A stretch of DNA of 64,000 bases from a virus. This document shows positions 35,819 through 44,470 of this stretch, in pieces (the first letter of the stretch is position 1; every line of letters starts with the position of its first letter). The notes below the pieces were generated by a model. It searched no databases. It worked only from the letters and a program-made list of their open reading frames with translations, and was not told where the DNA came from. The stretch spans positions 1 to 64,000 of the IMG/VR virus record IMGVR_UViG_3300020109_000011; one strand, 5' to 3'. Position numbers and translations under genes: made by a program.

Positions 35819-38038
35819 GTGGCCAAGGCCCTGACCGCCCAGCCGGACGTGATGCGCGGCCTGGTCCGCCTCGCGGCCCAGGGGGCGCCTCCGGGTGCGG
35901 GCATCATCACCCGTCGCACCGGGCGCCAGGTGGACACCATCCGGGGCGGCGTCTTCCCCATCACCGGGACCGGCGGCACGATCATCACCGACGCCGAGGC
36001 CCACTTCGGCAACGAGCTCGTGTACCGCCTGGTTGACACGCCGACCGACCGGTACATCGGCAGCAACCGGGTCCTGAACCCGAAGGCCGCCACCGGGGTG
36101 GCCAACGTGACCAGCGGCCCCAGCCGCACGGTGACCCGCGAGACGGATCCGCTGCTGGCGCCCCCGCGCGACGCGGTCACGTCCTTCAAGGTCGGCCCGC
36201 ACCCGACCGCGCCCACCTGGTGGACCGTCGAGGACCGGCTGCTGCTCTCGATGCTGCCCAGCGGCTTCGGTCCCGGCCGCTGGTACGTCTCCGGCCAGCT
36301 GCGCTACGACAGCCCCGACATCTGGCTGTGGGACGACGCCAAGGCCGCAGGGTCCTGGCAGACGGTGAAGGACAAGGGCACCTGGCAGCAGGTCAAGGCG
36401 TCGAACTCGCCGCTGGCCGGGCAGCCCTTCGCCAGCCTGTTCGCCACCGTGCTGGGCCCGGCCAAGACCACCCAGGAGCGGCGCCGCAACCTGGCCACCG
36501 ACCCGCGCGTGGTCAGCGCCAGCCTGTGGATGAACTACGCCGGGGTCGGCGGCGCGGTCACCGCCTCCAAGCCCACCAGTGGTGGCCCGACGGCCGGGCT
36601 GCCCAACTACCGGCGGCTCCAGTGGACGACGGCGCCGACCAGCCAGGGCGGGCTGGTCCTGCACAACGCCACGGGTGCTCGGTTCGTCACCGAGCCTGGC
36701 GGGAAGCTGACCATCGGCTGCTGGGTGCGCTCCAGCGTGGCCAAGAACCTGACCATCCGGGCGGACTACCGCAACGCGGCAGACAGCGCCGGGGTCGGCT
36801 CGGCCGAGTCCGCTCCCATCGCGGTCGCCGCGAACACCTGGACCTGGATCAAGGCCACCCTGACCACCCCCGCCGGGGGCTACCGGGCGGTCCCCACCGT
36901 CTACGACGCGCCTACCGCTGCACGCTGGGCGGTCGGGAACACCCTGGACGGTGCCGGGCTGTTGGTCGAGTCCGGCGAGACCAGCGGCGACTACTTCGAC
37001 GCCACGGCGGCGGCAACGGGCCCGGTGACCTACGCCTGGGCGGGAACGGTGGACGCGAGCGCCAGCATCCAGAACGTCCTGGACTACCCGACCCACGTGG
37101 TGCCCTTCCAGATCCTCGGCGTGCAGGCCGGGGACAACGGCGGCTGGGCGACCTTCCAGGGCGTCGTGGAGGTCCCTGCGGGTACCCCGGCCAACTCCCG
37201 GCTGGCCTTCCTGTCCGGGAAGGTCACGCGCGAGGCCACGGTCACCTGGTGGCTGTCCACGTTCATGGCCTGCCCCGAGGCCGAGGCCCTGCACGGCGGC
37301 GCGATCCTGCCCTACTTCGACGGGGACACGCCGATCAACTCCATCGGCCGCGACCCCGGGGACCGGCTGGCGCCCGGGTACGACTGGCGAGCCCTGAGCG
37401 GCGACGCCGCGATCACCTGGCAGGGCACCCCGAACGCCAGCTGGAGCCAGTTCATCGGCCCCTCGCAGATCTTCGCCGAGGACACCACCTACATCGGGCG
37501 GCCCGACCGGCATCTGCTCCCCCGGGTCCGGATGCCGGTCTACCTGTCCGACCCGGTGGCTCCGCAGCTGGGGCAGTGGTTCGAGCTCATCGAGATGGGC
37601 GACCTGTCCTTCGCCGCACGCCAGCAGCTGTTCGACGTGCTCGGCCGGGGTGCGGCCATCGCTGTCAACCAGAAGCGCGGCTGGGCGACCGGCGAGCTCC
37701 AGCTGATGACCTACACCCTCTCCGAGGCCGAGATCGCGGAGCGGATGTTCGAGAGCGGCCGGATCCTCTACTGGCGCAACCCGGACCCGCGCTTCACCGA
37801 GAACGGCTGGTGGGTCGCCATCGGGAACATCACGCAGGGCCGCGTGGGCCCGCGTGCGGCCTTCCGGCCCGAGCGGCTGTGGCGGGTGCCCTTCGTGCGC
37901 GTCGAGCGTCCTGAGGGCCTGATCAACGCCTCCACCAGCATCGACTGGAACCTGGTGAAGAACAACTACACCTGGCAGCAGCTGCGCGACATGAAGAACG
38001 ACTGGCTGGACGCGGCGCTCACGGGGCCCGGCGCATGA
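35819..38038 (+). CDS. Minor tail (distal-tail-like) protein with inserted carbohydrate-binding modules
   Basis: Follows the tape measure; DAEAHFG..YR; NRVLNP / RRNLATDP and YFD..W.GT..AS CBM-like boundaries. Confidence 0.8.
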   Translation: MAKALTAQPDVMRGLVRLAAQGAPPGAGIITRRTGRQVDTIRGGVFPITGTGGTIITDAEAHFGNELVYRLVDTPTDRYIGSNRVLNPKAATGVANVTSGPSRTVTRETDPLLAPPRDAVTSFKVGPHPTAPTWWTVEDRLLLSMLPSGFGPGRWYVSGQLRYDSPDIWLWDDAKAAGSWQTVKDKGTWQQVKASNSPLAGQPFASLFATVLGPAKTTQERRRNLATDPRVVSASLWMNYAGVGGAVTASKPTSGGPTAGLPNYRRLQWTTAPTSQGGLVLHNATGARFVTEPGGKLTIGCWVRSSVAKNLTIRADYRNAADSAGVGSAESAPIAVAANTWTWIKATLTTPAGGYRAVPTVYDAPTAARWAVGNTLDGAGLLVESGETSGDYFDATAAATGPVTYAWAGTVDASASIQNVLDYPTHVVPFQILGVQAGDNGGWATFQGVVEVPAGTPANSRLAFLSGKVTREATVTWWLSTFMACPEAEALHGGAILPYFDGDTPINSIGRDPGDRLAPGYDWRALSGDAAITWQGTPNASWSQFIGPSQIFAEDTTYIGRPDRHLLPRVRMPVYLSDPVAPQLGQWFELIEMGDLSFAARQQLFDVLGRGAAIAVNQKRGWATGELQLMTYTLSEAEIAERMFESGRILYWRNPDPRFTENGWWVAIGNITQGRVGPRAAFRPERLWRVPFVRVERPEGLINASTSIDWNLVKNNYTWQQLRDMKNDWLDAALTGPGA

Positions 38039-39129
38039 TCCCGCACAGCCAGCTGTTCGGGTCCGCCATGTCCTACTCGCGGACGGTGTTCGCCGAGATG
38101 GACATCCTGAAGGGCGGCGTGGTCCTGGAGAACAACGTGCCGCTGACCGGCGGCTCGGTGTCAACCGACCGGACCCGCAACACTCGGTACGAGGCCAGCG
38201 TCGAGATCGGCATGTACGACTGGGACAGCCTGCCGATCTCCTCGAAGGGCCACCGCATCCGGCTGTGGCACGGCGTGGAGAGCATCGGCGTGCGCGAGCG
38301 CGTGCAGGTCGGCGAGTACCAGGTCTTCAGCTACCGCCGGAACGGCCGTGGGTCGGTGTCAACCACCCTGAAGGGCCTGGAGAACTTCCTGATCGAGTCA
38401 GGCTTCATCCGGCCGCGCACCCCGCCCTACGGGCAGCCGATCATCACCGCGATCAGCGACCTGATCCACGAGGTGCTGCCCGACGCCGAGGTGGTCAACC
38501 TGGCCTCCCAGAACGCCCTGGTGCGCTCCACCGGGGCCTGGGAGAAGGAGCGCTGGGACGAGGCCATCACCGCGATGGCGAAGGGCATCGACGCGGAGGT
38601 CTTCTGCGGGCACGACGGGCGCTTCTACATCGTGGACGCGCCCAACCTGGAGAACCTGGTCGGCCAGTACCAGATCGCGGGCGGCCAGGGCGGCGTGATG
38701 GTCACCGAGGACCGCTCGGACACCCGGGACCAGGTCTACAACGCCGTCAGCGTCTCGGCGAACTCCTCCGACCAGACGGTGCCCCCGCTGTGGGCCTGGG
38801 CCCGGGACAACGACCCGACCAGCCCGACGTACTTCTACGGCGACTACGGCCAGCGCGTCCGGTACTACTCCAGCCAGTTCTTCACCACGACCTCCCAGTG
38901 CCAGGCCTACGCCGACCGGCTGCTGATCGAGTCCCTGGCGCCCAACCAGACCCTGTCCATCGGCTCGGCGCCGATCCCCTTCCTGGAGGCCGGTGACCCC
39001 ATCCGGGTCATCTCCCAGCAGGGCGCGCCGGACGGCACCTTCCTGATCAACAAGACCGCGCTGCCGCTGGGCAACGCCGAGTGGTCCGCCGAGATGCTGA
39101 CCGCTGGCGAGACGGTGGAGGCAGCCTGA
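38035..39129 (+). CDS. Minor tail protein (baseplate hub, DUF5047-like)
   Basis: GGSVSTDR, VYNAVSV, DNDPTSPTYF.GDYG..VRYYSS, PFLEAGD. Confidence 0.85.
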   Translation: MIPHSQLFGSAMSYSRTVFAEMDILKGGVVLENNVPLTGGSVSTDRTRNTRYEASVEIGMYDWDSLPISSKGHRIRLWHGVESIGVRERVQVGEYQVFSYRRNGRGSVSTTLKGLENFLIESGFIRPRTPPYGQPIITAISDLIHEVLPDAEVVNLASQNALVRSTGAWEKERWDEAITAMAKGIDAEVFCGHDGRFYIVDAPNLENLVGQYQIAGGQGGVMVTEDRSDTRDQVYNAVSVSANSSDQTVPPLWAWARDNDPTSPTYFYGDYGQRVRYYSSQFFTTTSQCQAYADRLLIESLAPNQTLSIGSAPIPFLEAGDPIRVISQQGAPDGTFLINKTALPLGNAEWSAEMLTAGETVEAA

Positions 39130-39881
39130 TGCCCGACCTCGGCAACGCCCTGGAGGCACTGTTCTCCGGCGGCGACACGACCATCTTCAAGGCCACCGTG
39201 GACGCATTCGACAGCTTCCAGGGCACCGTGGAGATCCACGTCAACGGGGGCAGCTTCACCGACGTGCCGGTGCTGGCCTCGGCCAACTACTGGGGCATCG
39301 ACATCGGGGACCTGGTCTACGTGATCGGCAAGCAGGGCTGGGGGATGCTCTGCCTGGGCGAGGCCCTGCCCTCGGACCGGCCGCCCGTCGGGGACTCCAG
39401 CGTCTTCACCTGGGACCCCGCTGCGCTCGCGCGCTGGAACGCCAGCCCGGCCACCTGGACCGTGCCCGCCACTGACGAGGTGGTCCTGTCGGCCGCCGTC
39501 CCCGACCGCGCGGCGGTCTACTTCTTCAGCCCCAGCGACCTGACGGCGGCGGGCTGGCCCAACGACGCCGAGCTCGGCTCGTTGAGCTTCAAGCTGGGCG
39601 TCAAGAACCTGGTGCAGAACCCCGAGATGGCCGTGGACTACAGCTACGTGACCATCGGCCTGCACTCCTCGGCCAGCCCGGCGGGGACCTTCGCGCCGAT
39701 GGCCAACCTGTCGGCCGAGTTCCGGGTCTGGATGAGCGGCAACAACGGCTACGTGACGGTCCCGCTGGACTGGTTCGCCCGGCTGATGAACGGCACGGCC
39801 AAGGGCATCTACGTGCGGCCCTCGGGCGGGCACGACCTCACCGTCTACGGCGATGGCGACCTGCGGGTCACCGCGCTGTGA
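39129..39881 (+). CDS. Minor tail protein
   Basis: OB-like N-term VPVLAS..IGDLVYV..CLG; synteny. Confidence 0.75.
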   Translation: MPDLGNALEALFSGGDTTIFKATVDAFDSFQGTVEIHVNGGSFTDVPVLASANYWGIDIGDLVYVIGKQGWGMLCLGEALPSDRPPVGDSSVFTWDPAALARWNASPATWTVPATDEVVLSAAVPDRAAVYFFSPSDLTAAGWPNDAELGSLSFKLGVKNLVQNPEMAVDYSYVTIGLHSSASPAGTFAPMANLSAEFRVWMSGNNGYVTVPLDWFARLMNGTAKGIYVRPSGGHDLTVYGDGDLRVTAL

Positions 39882-39913
39882 CACCCTGAACGCACCGTGA
39901 CACGAAGGAGACC

Positions 39914-40699
39914 GTGGTGAAGCTGCTGGACGCCGCCGAGGTGGAGTGGGCCGCCCGAGGCAACTGGGAGCGCGGCTGGGACGGGGACACCCGGTCGTGC
40001 AGTGGGATCCACGTCTACCTGTCCGAGTGCGACCCGGATGTGACCGCCGACGTGATCAACACCGAGGGGACCGACTGCGGCTACCGCGTCATCCCCTTCG
40101 GCATCGTGGCCACGATGGAGCGGACCGTCCGTGCGTCCAAGGACGACGACGACGAGTGGCTGGCCCGCACGCTGAAGGAGGCCGCCGAGATCCCGGTCTC
40201 GCGCGGCCTGCTGGTGCGCCAGGGCATGGGCAACGCGGTGGGGGAGACCTGGATCGGCAGCCCCGCCGGGCACGAGGTCCCCGCGCCCGTGCTCACCGAC
40301 AACGCGGCCGTGGCCACGGCGGTCAGCGACGGCCGCCGGGAGTTCTTCCAGCGGACCCTGGGCCTCCAGCCGATCCTGCACGTCAACCCGGGCAACGCCC
40401 TGACGCTGAAGAACGCCGGGGTGCTCCAGCTGGACCCGACGACCGGCGACGACCGCACGGTCTGGGGCGACCCGGTGGTCATCTCCGAGGGCTACTACGA
40501 CATCCCCGACCTGTCGGCGGTGCCGCTGGCCTTCTGGACCGGGCCGATCAAGATCAAGCTGTCCGATGTCAACCGCGAGGAGGTCGCGCGGGCCATCCGG
40601 CAGAACAAGGCCATGCACCAGGCCACGATGCTCGCGGCCATCGACTTCCTGCCCTGCTCCATCGTGCGCATCGGCCCCGCGCCTGCCCCGGAGGGGTGA
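39914..40699 (+). CDS. Capsid pentamer-like protein
   Basis: PFGIVA, ILHVNP, RTVWGDPVVISEGY, FWTGPIKI, RQN..DFLPC resemble cluster-B pentamer proteins; SD AAGGAG. Confidence 0.65.
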   Translation: MVKLLDAAEVEWAARGNWERGWDGDTRSCSGIHVYLSECDPDVTADVINTEGTDCGYRVIPFGIVATMERTVRASKDDDDEWLARTLKEAAEIPVSRGLLVRQGMGNAVGETWIGSPAGHEVPAPVLTDNAAVATAVSDGRREFFQRTLGLQPILHVNPGNALTLKNAGVLQLDPTTGDDRTVWGDPVVISEGYYDIPDLSAVPLAFWTGPIKIKLSDVNREEVARAIRQNKAMHQATMLAAIDFLPCSIVRIGPAPAPEG

Positions 40700-40710
40700 A
40701 CGGCCCCGGG

Positions 40711-40733
40711 CTGTTGAGTCCGACGGCTATTCT
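40711..40733 (+). promoter_or_regulatory. Leaderless promoter CTGTTGAGTCCGAC-N3-TATTCT-N6-ATG
   Basis: 14-mer shared with the 48219-48232 (-) promoter. Confidence 0.6.
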
Positions 40734-40739
40734 CAGACC

Positions 40740-41039
40740 ATGACCGGCAAGATCGAGCTCCGTGAGCCCCCGCCCCGGGTCGCCACCGGGCGGCGGCCGA
40801 TCATGCAGCTGGACGCCGCCATCCTGCGGGTCGCCACCGAGCACGCGCGGCGACCGGTGGAGATCGCGTCCTTCCTGCGGGACAACGGCCACGCCGGGCT
40901 GACCACGCAGCGCGTCGCCAGCCGCCTGAAGGCCCTGGTGGCCCGTGGGCTGGCCGAGCGCATCAAGCCGGTCGGTGGGCCCGCCAACGGGCCAGGGACG
41001 AGCCTCTACAAGGCGGTGAAGCAGGACGGCGGTGGGTGA
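40740..41039 (+). CDS. Winged helix-turn-helix DNA-binding protein
   Basis: AILRVA..RPVEIASFL..TTQRVASRLKALVARGLAER..SLY. Confidence 0.7.
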   Translation: MTGKIELREPPPRVATGRRPIMQLDAAILRVATEHARRPVEIASFLRDNGHAGLTTQRVASRLKALVARGLAERIKPVGGPANGPGTSLYKAVKQDGGG

Positions 41040-41556
41040 GGTCGGCCTGCGCCAGGTCCGGGACGGTGCGCGCGTGCTGCGCTTCCACGCCCGGGTCCTC
41101 GGTGCAGGCACCTCCCAGCGCGGGTCGGTGCCCCGCTGGTCGGAGCTCGTGGTCTACCAGCTGACCGACGGGACCTACCTGATCTCGAAGATCGGGCGCT
41201 CCACCGTGGCCCACCGGCCGGACTGCCTGCGTGTCAACCACCGGATGGTCACCTGGGGGTCGGCCCAGTCCTCGGACGAGTTCATCGGCCCCCGGAGCCC
41301 CTGCCCTGACTGCTGCCCCGACGTGGAGCACATGGCGGTCAGCACGCGGCTGGAGATCGACCGCTACCGGGCCATCGCCGCCCCGACAGCAGAGAGGGTC
41401 GCCCAGTCCCTCACCGGGGACCGGGCGACCCTCCTGATGCCTCAGCTGGTCAGCACCGTGCTCGCGCAGTGCGCTCAGGCGGACCCGTGCTTCGCCAGGT
41501 ACGCGGACGCGGCCATCGAGCCGAACCCCTTGGAGAAGACCACCCGCACCGGGTAG
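41032..41556 (+). CDS. Conserved phage hypothetical protein with Cys motif
   Basis: RWSELVVYQLTDGTYLISKIGRSTVAH..C..CPDC. Confidence 0.7.
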   Translation: MGEVGLRQVRDGARVLRFHARVLGAGTSQRGSVPRWSELVVYQLTDGTYLISKIGRSTVAHRPDCLRVNHRMVTWGSAQSSDEFIGPRSPCPDCCPDVEHMAVSTRLEIDRYRAIAAPTAERVAQSLTGDRATLLMPQLVSTVLAQCAQADPCFARYADAAIEPNPLEKTTRTG

Positions 41557-41858
41557 CCCGACCGGCCCGCGTGGTTGAAGACCTCGCGCACGGCCTCGGG
41601 CATGAGGTGCCCGGCCCGCTGGACGACCGTCCGCACCTCGGTGGGCTGGAGCAGGCCGCCCTGGTCCAGGACCGTGCACGCGGCGTCGCTGCTGGAGCTC
41701 CCAGGGGCCGCGCAGACGGCCTGGACCATGCTGGCCATGTCCGAGACGCTGACGCCGGTCCAGGGGGCGTTCTCCGGCGCCCACAGCGTCCAGGCCGAGA
41801 AGTCGGCCGCCTTGCGCGTCTGGCTCTCCGGGTGGTCGGAGTAGATCTCGTAGCCCAT
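41475..41858 (-). CDS. Hypothetical protein
   Basis: SD GAGGAGG, TATTCT upstream; 3' overlap with the convergent gene. Confidence 0.6.
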   Translation of the reverse strand: MGYEIYSDHPESQTRKAADFSAWTLWAPENAPWTGVSVSDMASMVQAVCAAPGSSSSDAACTVLDQGGLLQPTEVRTVVQRAGHLMPEAVREVFNHAGRSGYPVRVVFSKGFGSMAASAYLAKHGSA

Positions 41859-41934
41859 GACGGCCTCCTCTCTGTGTGGTGACACAGTTGATAACGGCAA
41901 GAATAGTCCTCGACCTTAGCCGAGGGTTGGGAGT

Positions 41935-42249
41935 TCACCCCTCCAGGTGAGGCCTCAACCTCTGGTAGAGCCCGTCGGTCGCGGCTACGAGCAGCAGCCC
42001 GATGCGGTCCATCGTGCGCTGGCCCAGGCTGCCGTGGTTCCCGGCCGCGCGCTCGGCCTCGATGTCGCGCCGGATCTTGCGGCCCCAGTAGTGCCAGGAC
42101 CACAGCATCAGCCGGATCTCCTCGCGCCGGTCCCGGCGGCAGGGCCCGTCGCTGGACCGGTAGACGGTCCCGTAGTCGTGGTACCCGCCGACGACCGGCG
42201 GCGGTGCCTCCAGCCCCATCAGCTGCCAGGCCGGGGTCTTCTTCGCCAT
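41935..42249 (-). CDS. Hypothetical protein (MAKKTPAWQL...)
   Basis: SD AAGGAG; codon bias. Confidence 0.65.
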   Translation of the reverse strand: MAKKTPAWQLMGLEAPPPVVGGYHDYGTVYRSSDGPCRRDRREEIRLMLWSWHYWGRKIRRDIEAERAAGNHGSLGQRTMDRIGLLLVAATDGLYQRLRPHLEG

Positions 42250-42276
42250 GCGGGGAGTCTCCTTCGTGGGCGTGAC

Positions 42277-42304
42277 GAAAGGGCCCCCGGTGTCCCGGGG
42301 GCCC
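42277..42304 (-). terminator. Intrinsic terminator
   Basis: GGGCCCCCGG-GACA-CCGGGGGCCC followed by TTTC on the minus strand. Confidence 0.7.
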
Positions 42305-42317
42305 CTCCGCGAGTGGA

Positions 42318-43004
42318 TCAGGACCAGTAGGTCTTGCAGACCGGCCCGATGCCGTCCGCGACGCTCTGCGGGTCGGTCAGCGTGGCGCCGCACCGGATGC
42401 AGAAGCCCATCACGTGACCCTGGGTCGCGGCCTGGGTCATGCTCATCGGCTTCGCGCCCGCCTGGACGGCCTCGGCCAGCACCTTGGGGACCGTGACGGT
42501 CTTGGTCACCGGGGCGGTGATGTAGCTCTTGCCCGCGTAGGGGGTCCAGGTGCCGGTGACCTTCGGGGCGGTCTTGAACTCGGCGTAGGGGGCGCTGTGC
42601 TTCTTCCAGCTGCCCTTGACGGCCCCGGTGTAGCTGGTGACCTTGGTCAGCTGGCGCAGGACCGGGAAGGCGTCCTTGCCGGTCACGTCCCAGTAGAAGA
42701 CCTTTCCGTCGATCAGGTAGTAGCCGAACTCGGGGAGCTCGGTCAGGGCCATGACCTCGGCGGCCGAGGGCAGGACCGGCGAGGCCGGGGCCGCGAAGGT
42801 CTGGTGCTTCTTCTTCGGGGCCTTCAGCGCCTCATCGATCAGGCCGCTGGCGGCGCCCTTGGCCAGGAAGCCGATCTTGGTCGAGAAGCGGAACTTCTCG
42901 GCTACGGCCGGGCACTCGCGGTCCTTGACCAGGCTGGTCAGGAAGGCGATCTGCTTGTCGGTGGCCGGGGCGGCCGGGTCCTTGATGGTGATCGTCTGCG
43001 TCAT
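42318..43004 (-). CDS. DUF6011-like Zn-binding protein (MTQT...)
   Basis: PATDKQIAFL N-term; CIRCGATLTDPQSVADGIGPVC C-term. Confidence 0.8.
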   Translation of the reverse strand: MTQTITIKDPAAPATDKQIAFLTSLVKDRECPAVAEKFRFSTKIGFLAKGAASGLIDEALKAPKKKHQTFAAPASPVLPSAAEVMALTELPEFGYYLIDGKVFYWDVTGKDAFPVLRQLTKVTSYTGAVKGSWKKHSAPYAEFKTAPKVTGTWTPYAGKSYITAPVTKTVTVPKVLAEAVQAGAKPMSMTQAATQGHVMGFCIRCGATLTDPQSVADGIGPVCKTYWS

Positions 43005-43010
43005 GGGAGA

Positions 43011-43043
43011 AGTATGCGCCTCGGGTGTCAACATTGTCAACAC
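43011..43043 (-). promoter_or_regulatory. Leaderless promoter TTGACA-ATG-TTGACA-N9-CATACT-N6-ATG
   Basis: Read directly on the minus strand. Confidence 0.8.
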
Positions 43044-43071
43044 ACTTTCTCGGCGTGTCCCCGGAACGGGT

Positions 43072-43107
43072 GAGGCCCCGTCCCCGGGGAAGCGGGAACG
43101 GGGCCTC
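43072..43107. terminator. Hairpin downstream of gene 43126-43461
   Basis: gaggccccgt..cc / gg..acggggcctc inverted repeat. Confidence 0.55.
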
Positions 43108-43125
43108 GGTGGGCGGTTACCCAGG

Positions 43126-43461
43126 TCAGTCGGTGCACTCGCGGCAGCCGCAGGGGTGCTCGCAGTCCCGGCAGCGCGTCTCGTCGTCGTGCCAGTCCTT
43201 CGTCATCGTGCAGTAGCAGCCGCGCTCGCCGCAGTCGCGGCACTCGACCTCGCCGTTCTCGGCGCCGCACTCGGTGCAGCAGACTCCGAGCACGAAGTTC
43301 CGGGCGGCCTCCCAGCCGTCGCCGAACTCCTCGCGGGCGGCCTCGACGCTGGTCATGGCCACGAAGTGGAGCTTCACGAAGCGGTAGCCGGAGACGTTCC
43401 GGACGACGGTCATGGCGACCGTGGGGACGATGTCTGCGGGGGTGGAGAAGGTCTGCGTCAT
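43126..43461 (-). CDS. Cys-rich hypothetical protein (MTQTFST...)
   Basis: ATG after the family promoter; multiple CxxC. Confidence 0.75.
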   Translation of the reverse strand: MTQTFSTPADIVPTVAMTVVRNVSGYRFVKLHFVAMTSVEAAREEFGDGWEAARNFVLGVCCTECGAENGEVECRDCGERGCYCTMTKDWHDDETRCRDCEHPCGCRECTD

Positions 43462-43467
43462 GGCACC

Positions 43468-43497
43468 AGTATGGGCACCGGTGTCAACAATGTCAAC
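43468..43497 (-). promoter_or_regulatory. Leaderless promoter TTGACA-TTG-TTGACA-N8-CATACT-N6-ATG
   Basis: 17-bp spacing from the outer TTGACA to the -10. Confidence 0.8.
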
Positions 43498-43735
43498 TAG
43501 CGATGCACTCCAGCGTGCCGCAGACCGGGCAGGGATCCCCCGAGCACCACATCTCGATGCCCAGCACGCAGACCCGGCAGAAGTCCTCCAGCGGCGGGGG
43601 CGGGTCGGGAAGCTGGAGGAGGTCGCGGGCGTCCTGGCCGCACCAGGTCCGGTCCAGGGTGTCGCACGCGACGTGGTGGAGCTCGTCGTCATCGGCGCCC
43701 GTGTCAACCGGGCTGGGCAGCACCTCGGTGGCCAT
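43493..43735 (-). CDS. Small Cys/His-rich protein
   Basis: HHVAC, WCG, CRVC, CPVC. Confidence 0.6.
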   Translation of the reverse strand: MATEVLPSPVDTGADDDELHHVACDTLDRTWCGQDARDLLQLPDPPPPLEDFCRVCVLGIEMWCSGDPCPVCGTLECIAS

Positions 43736-43802
43736 GACCGATCCTCGCACCAGACGCCGCGAGCCCGCTCCGAGGGCTGGAGCGGGCTCGCGGGTCGTGC
43801 TC

Positions 43803-43916
43803 TCAGCGGGCGAAGTAGACCATCACGGCCACCATCGCGCCGACGACGATGACGGCCTCCGCGACCATCGCCACCGCGATCCGCCACGTCGGCCGGAACC
43901 GGATCTTCAGGGGCAT
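43803..43916 (-). CDS. Small single-TM protein
   Basis: SD GGAGG; hydrophobic C-term; followed by a hairpin at ~43758-43792. Confidence 0.5.
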   Translation of the reverse strand: MPLKIRFRPTWRIAVAMVAEAVIVVGAMVAVMVYFAR

Positions 43917-44086
43917 GACTCCGTCCTCCCCGTGGTGCCTCGGGGCTGACAGCCCCCTCACAGGTGGGAACGGTACGGACCGGGACCGACGTTCCACGCC
44001 GATCCCGGTCCGTTGGAGAGGGATGTCGCAGGCCCCGATCCCGGGTGCCCCGTGCGCCCCTCCTGACGCAGCGAGTTGCCAGCCGG

Positions 44087-44470
44087 TCAGGCCCTGGCGG
44101 GCTCACCACTGGCAGGACTCGACAGCCGGGCCCGCATCTCCTCGGTCCACCTCCACGACGGCAGCAGGCCCATGACGGCGTGCACGTCGCCCTCCACGAC
44201 CTTGGCCGCCGCCTCCAGCGCGCAGGCCTCGGACTCCAGGGCGGCGCGCTGGGCGCGCAGGGCGTGGTTGGTCTCCTGGAGCGAGTAGCCCCCGGCGTAC
44301 TCGGTCCGCCCGGCCGCGCAGGTGCGCAGCAGCGCGGCGAGCTCGGCCCGCTGGGTGGCCAGCGCCTGGGCGATCAGGTCCCGCTGGCGGGTCGGTGAGA
44401 GGTCCCCGCTGGACCACTCGATCACGACGGCCTCGGCGGCCTTCAGGTCAGCGGCGGTGGGCTCGGGCAT
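44087..44470 (-). CDS. Hypothetical protein (MPEPTAADL...)
   Basis: TGATG coupling. Confidence 0.65.
   Translation of the reverse strand: MPEPTAADLKAAEAVVIEWSSGDLSPTRQRDLIAQALATQRAELAALLRTCAAGRTEYAGGYSLQETNHALRAQRAALESEACALEAAAKVVEGDVHAVMGLLPSWRWTEEMRARLSSPASGEPARA

Noticed and set aside
33172-38164. Long alternative-frame ORFs (954 aa +, 899 aa -) over tape measure and tail genes
   Set aside because: Arg/Gly/Pro-rich off-frame translations typical of high-GC DNA, overlapping well-supported genes.
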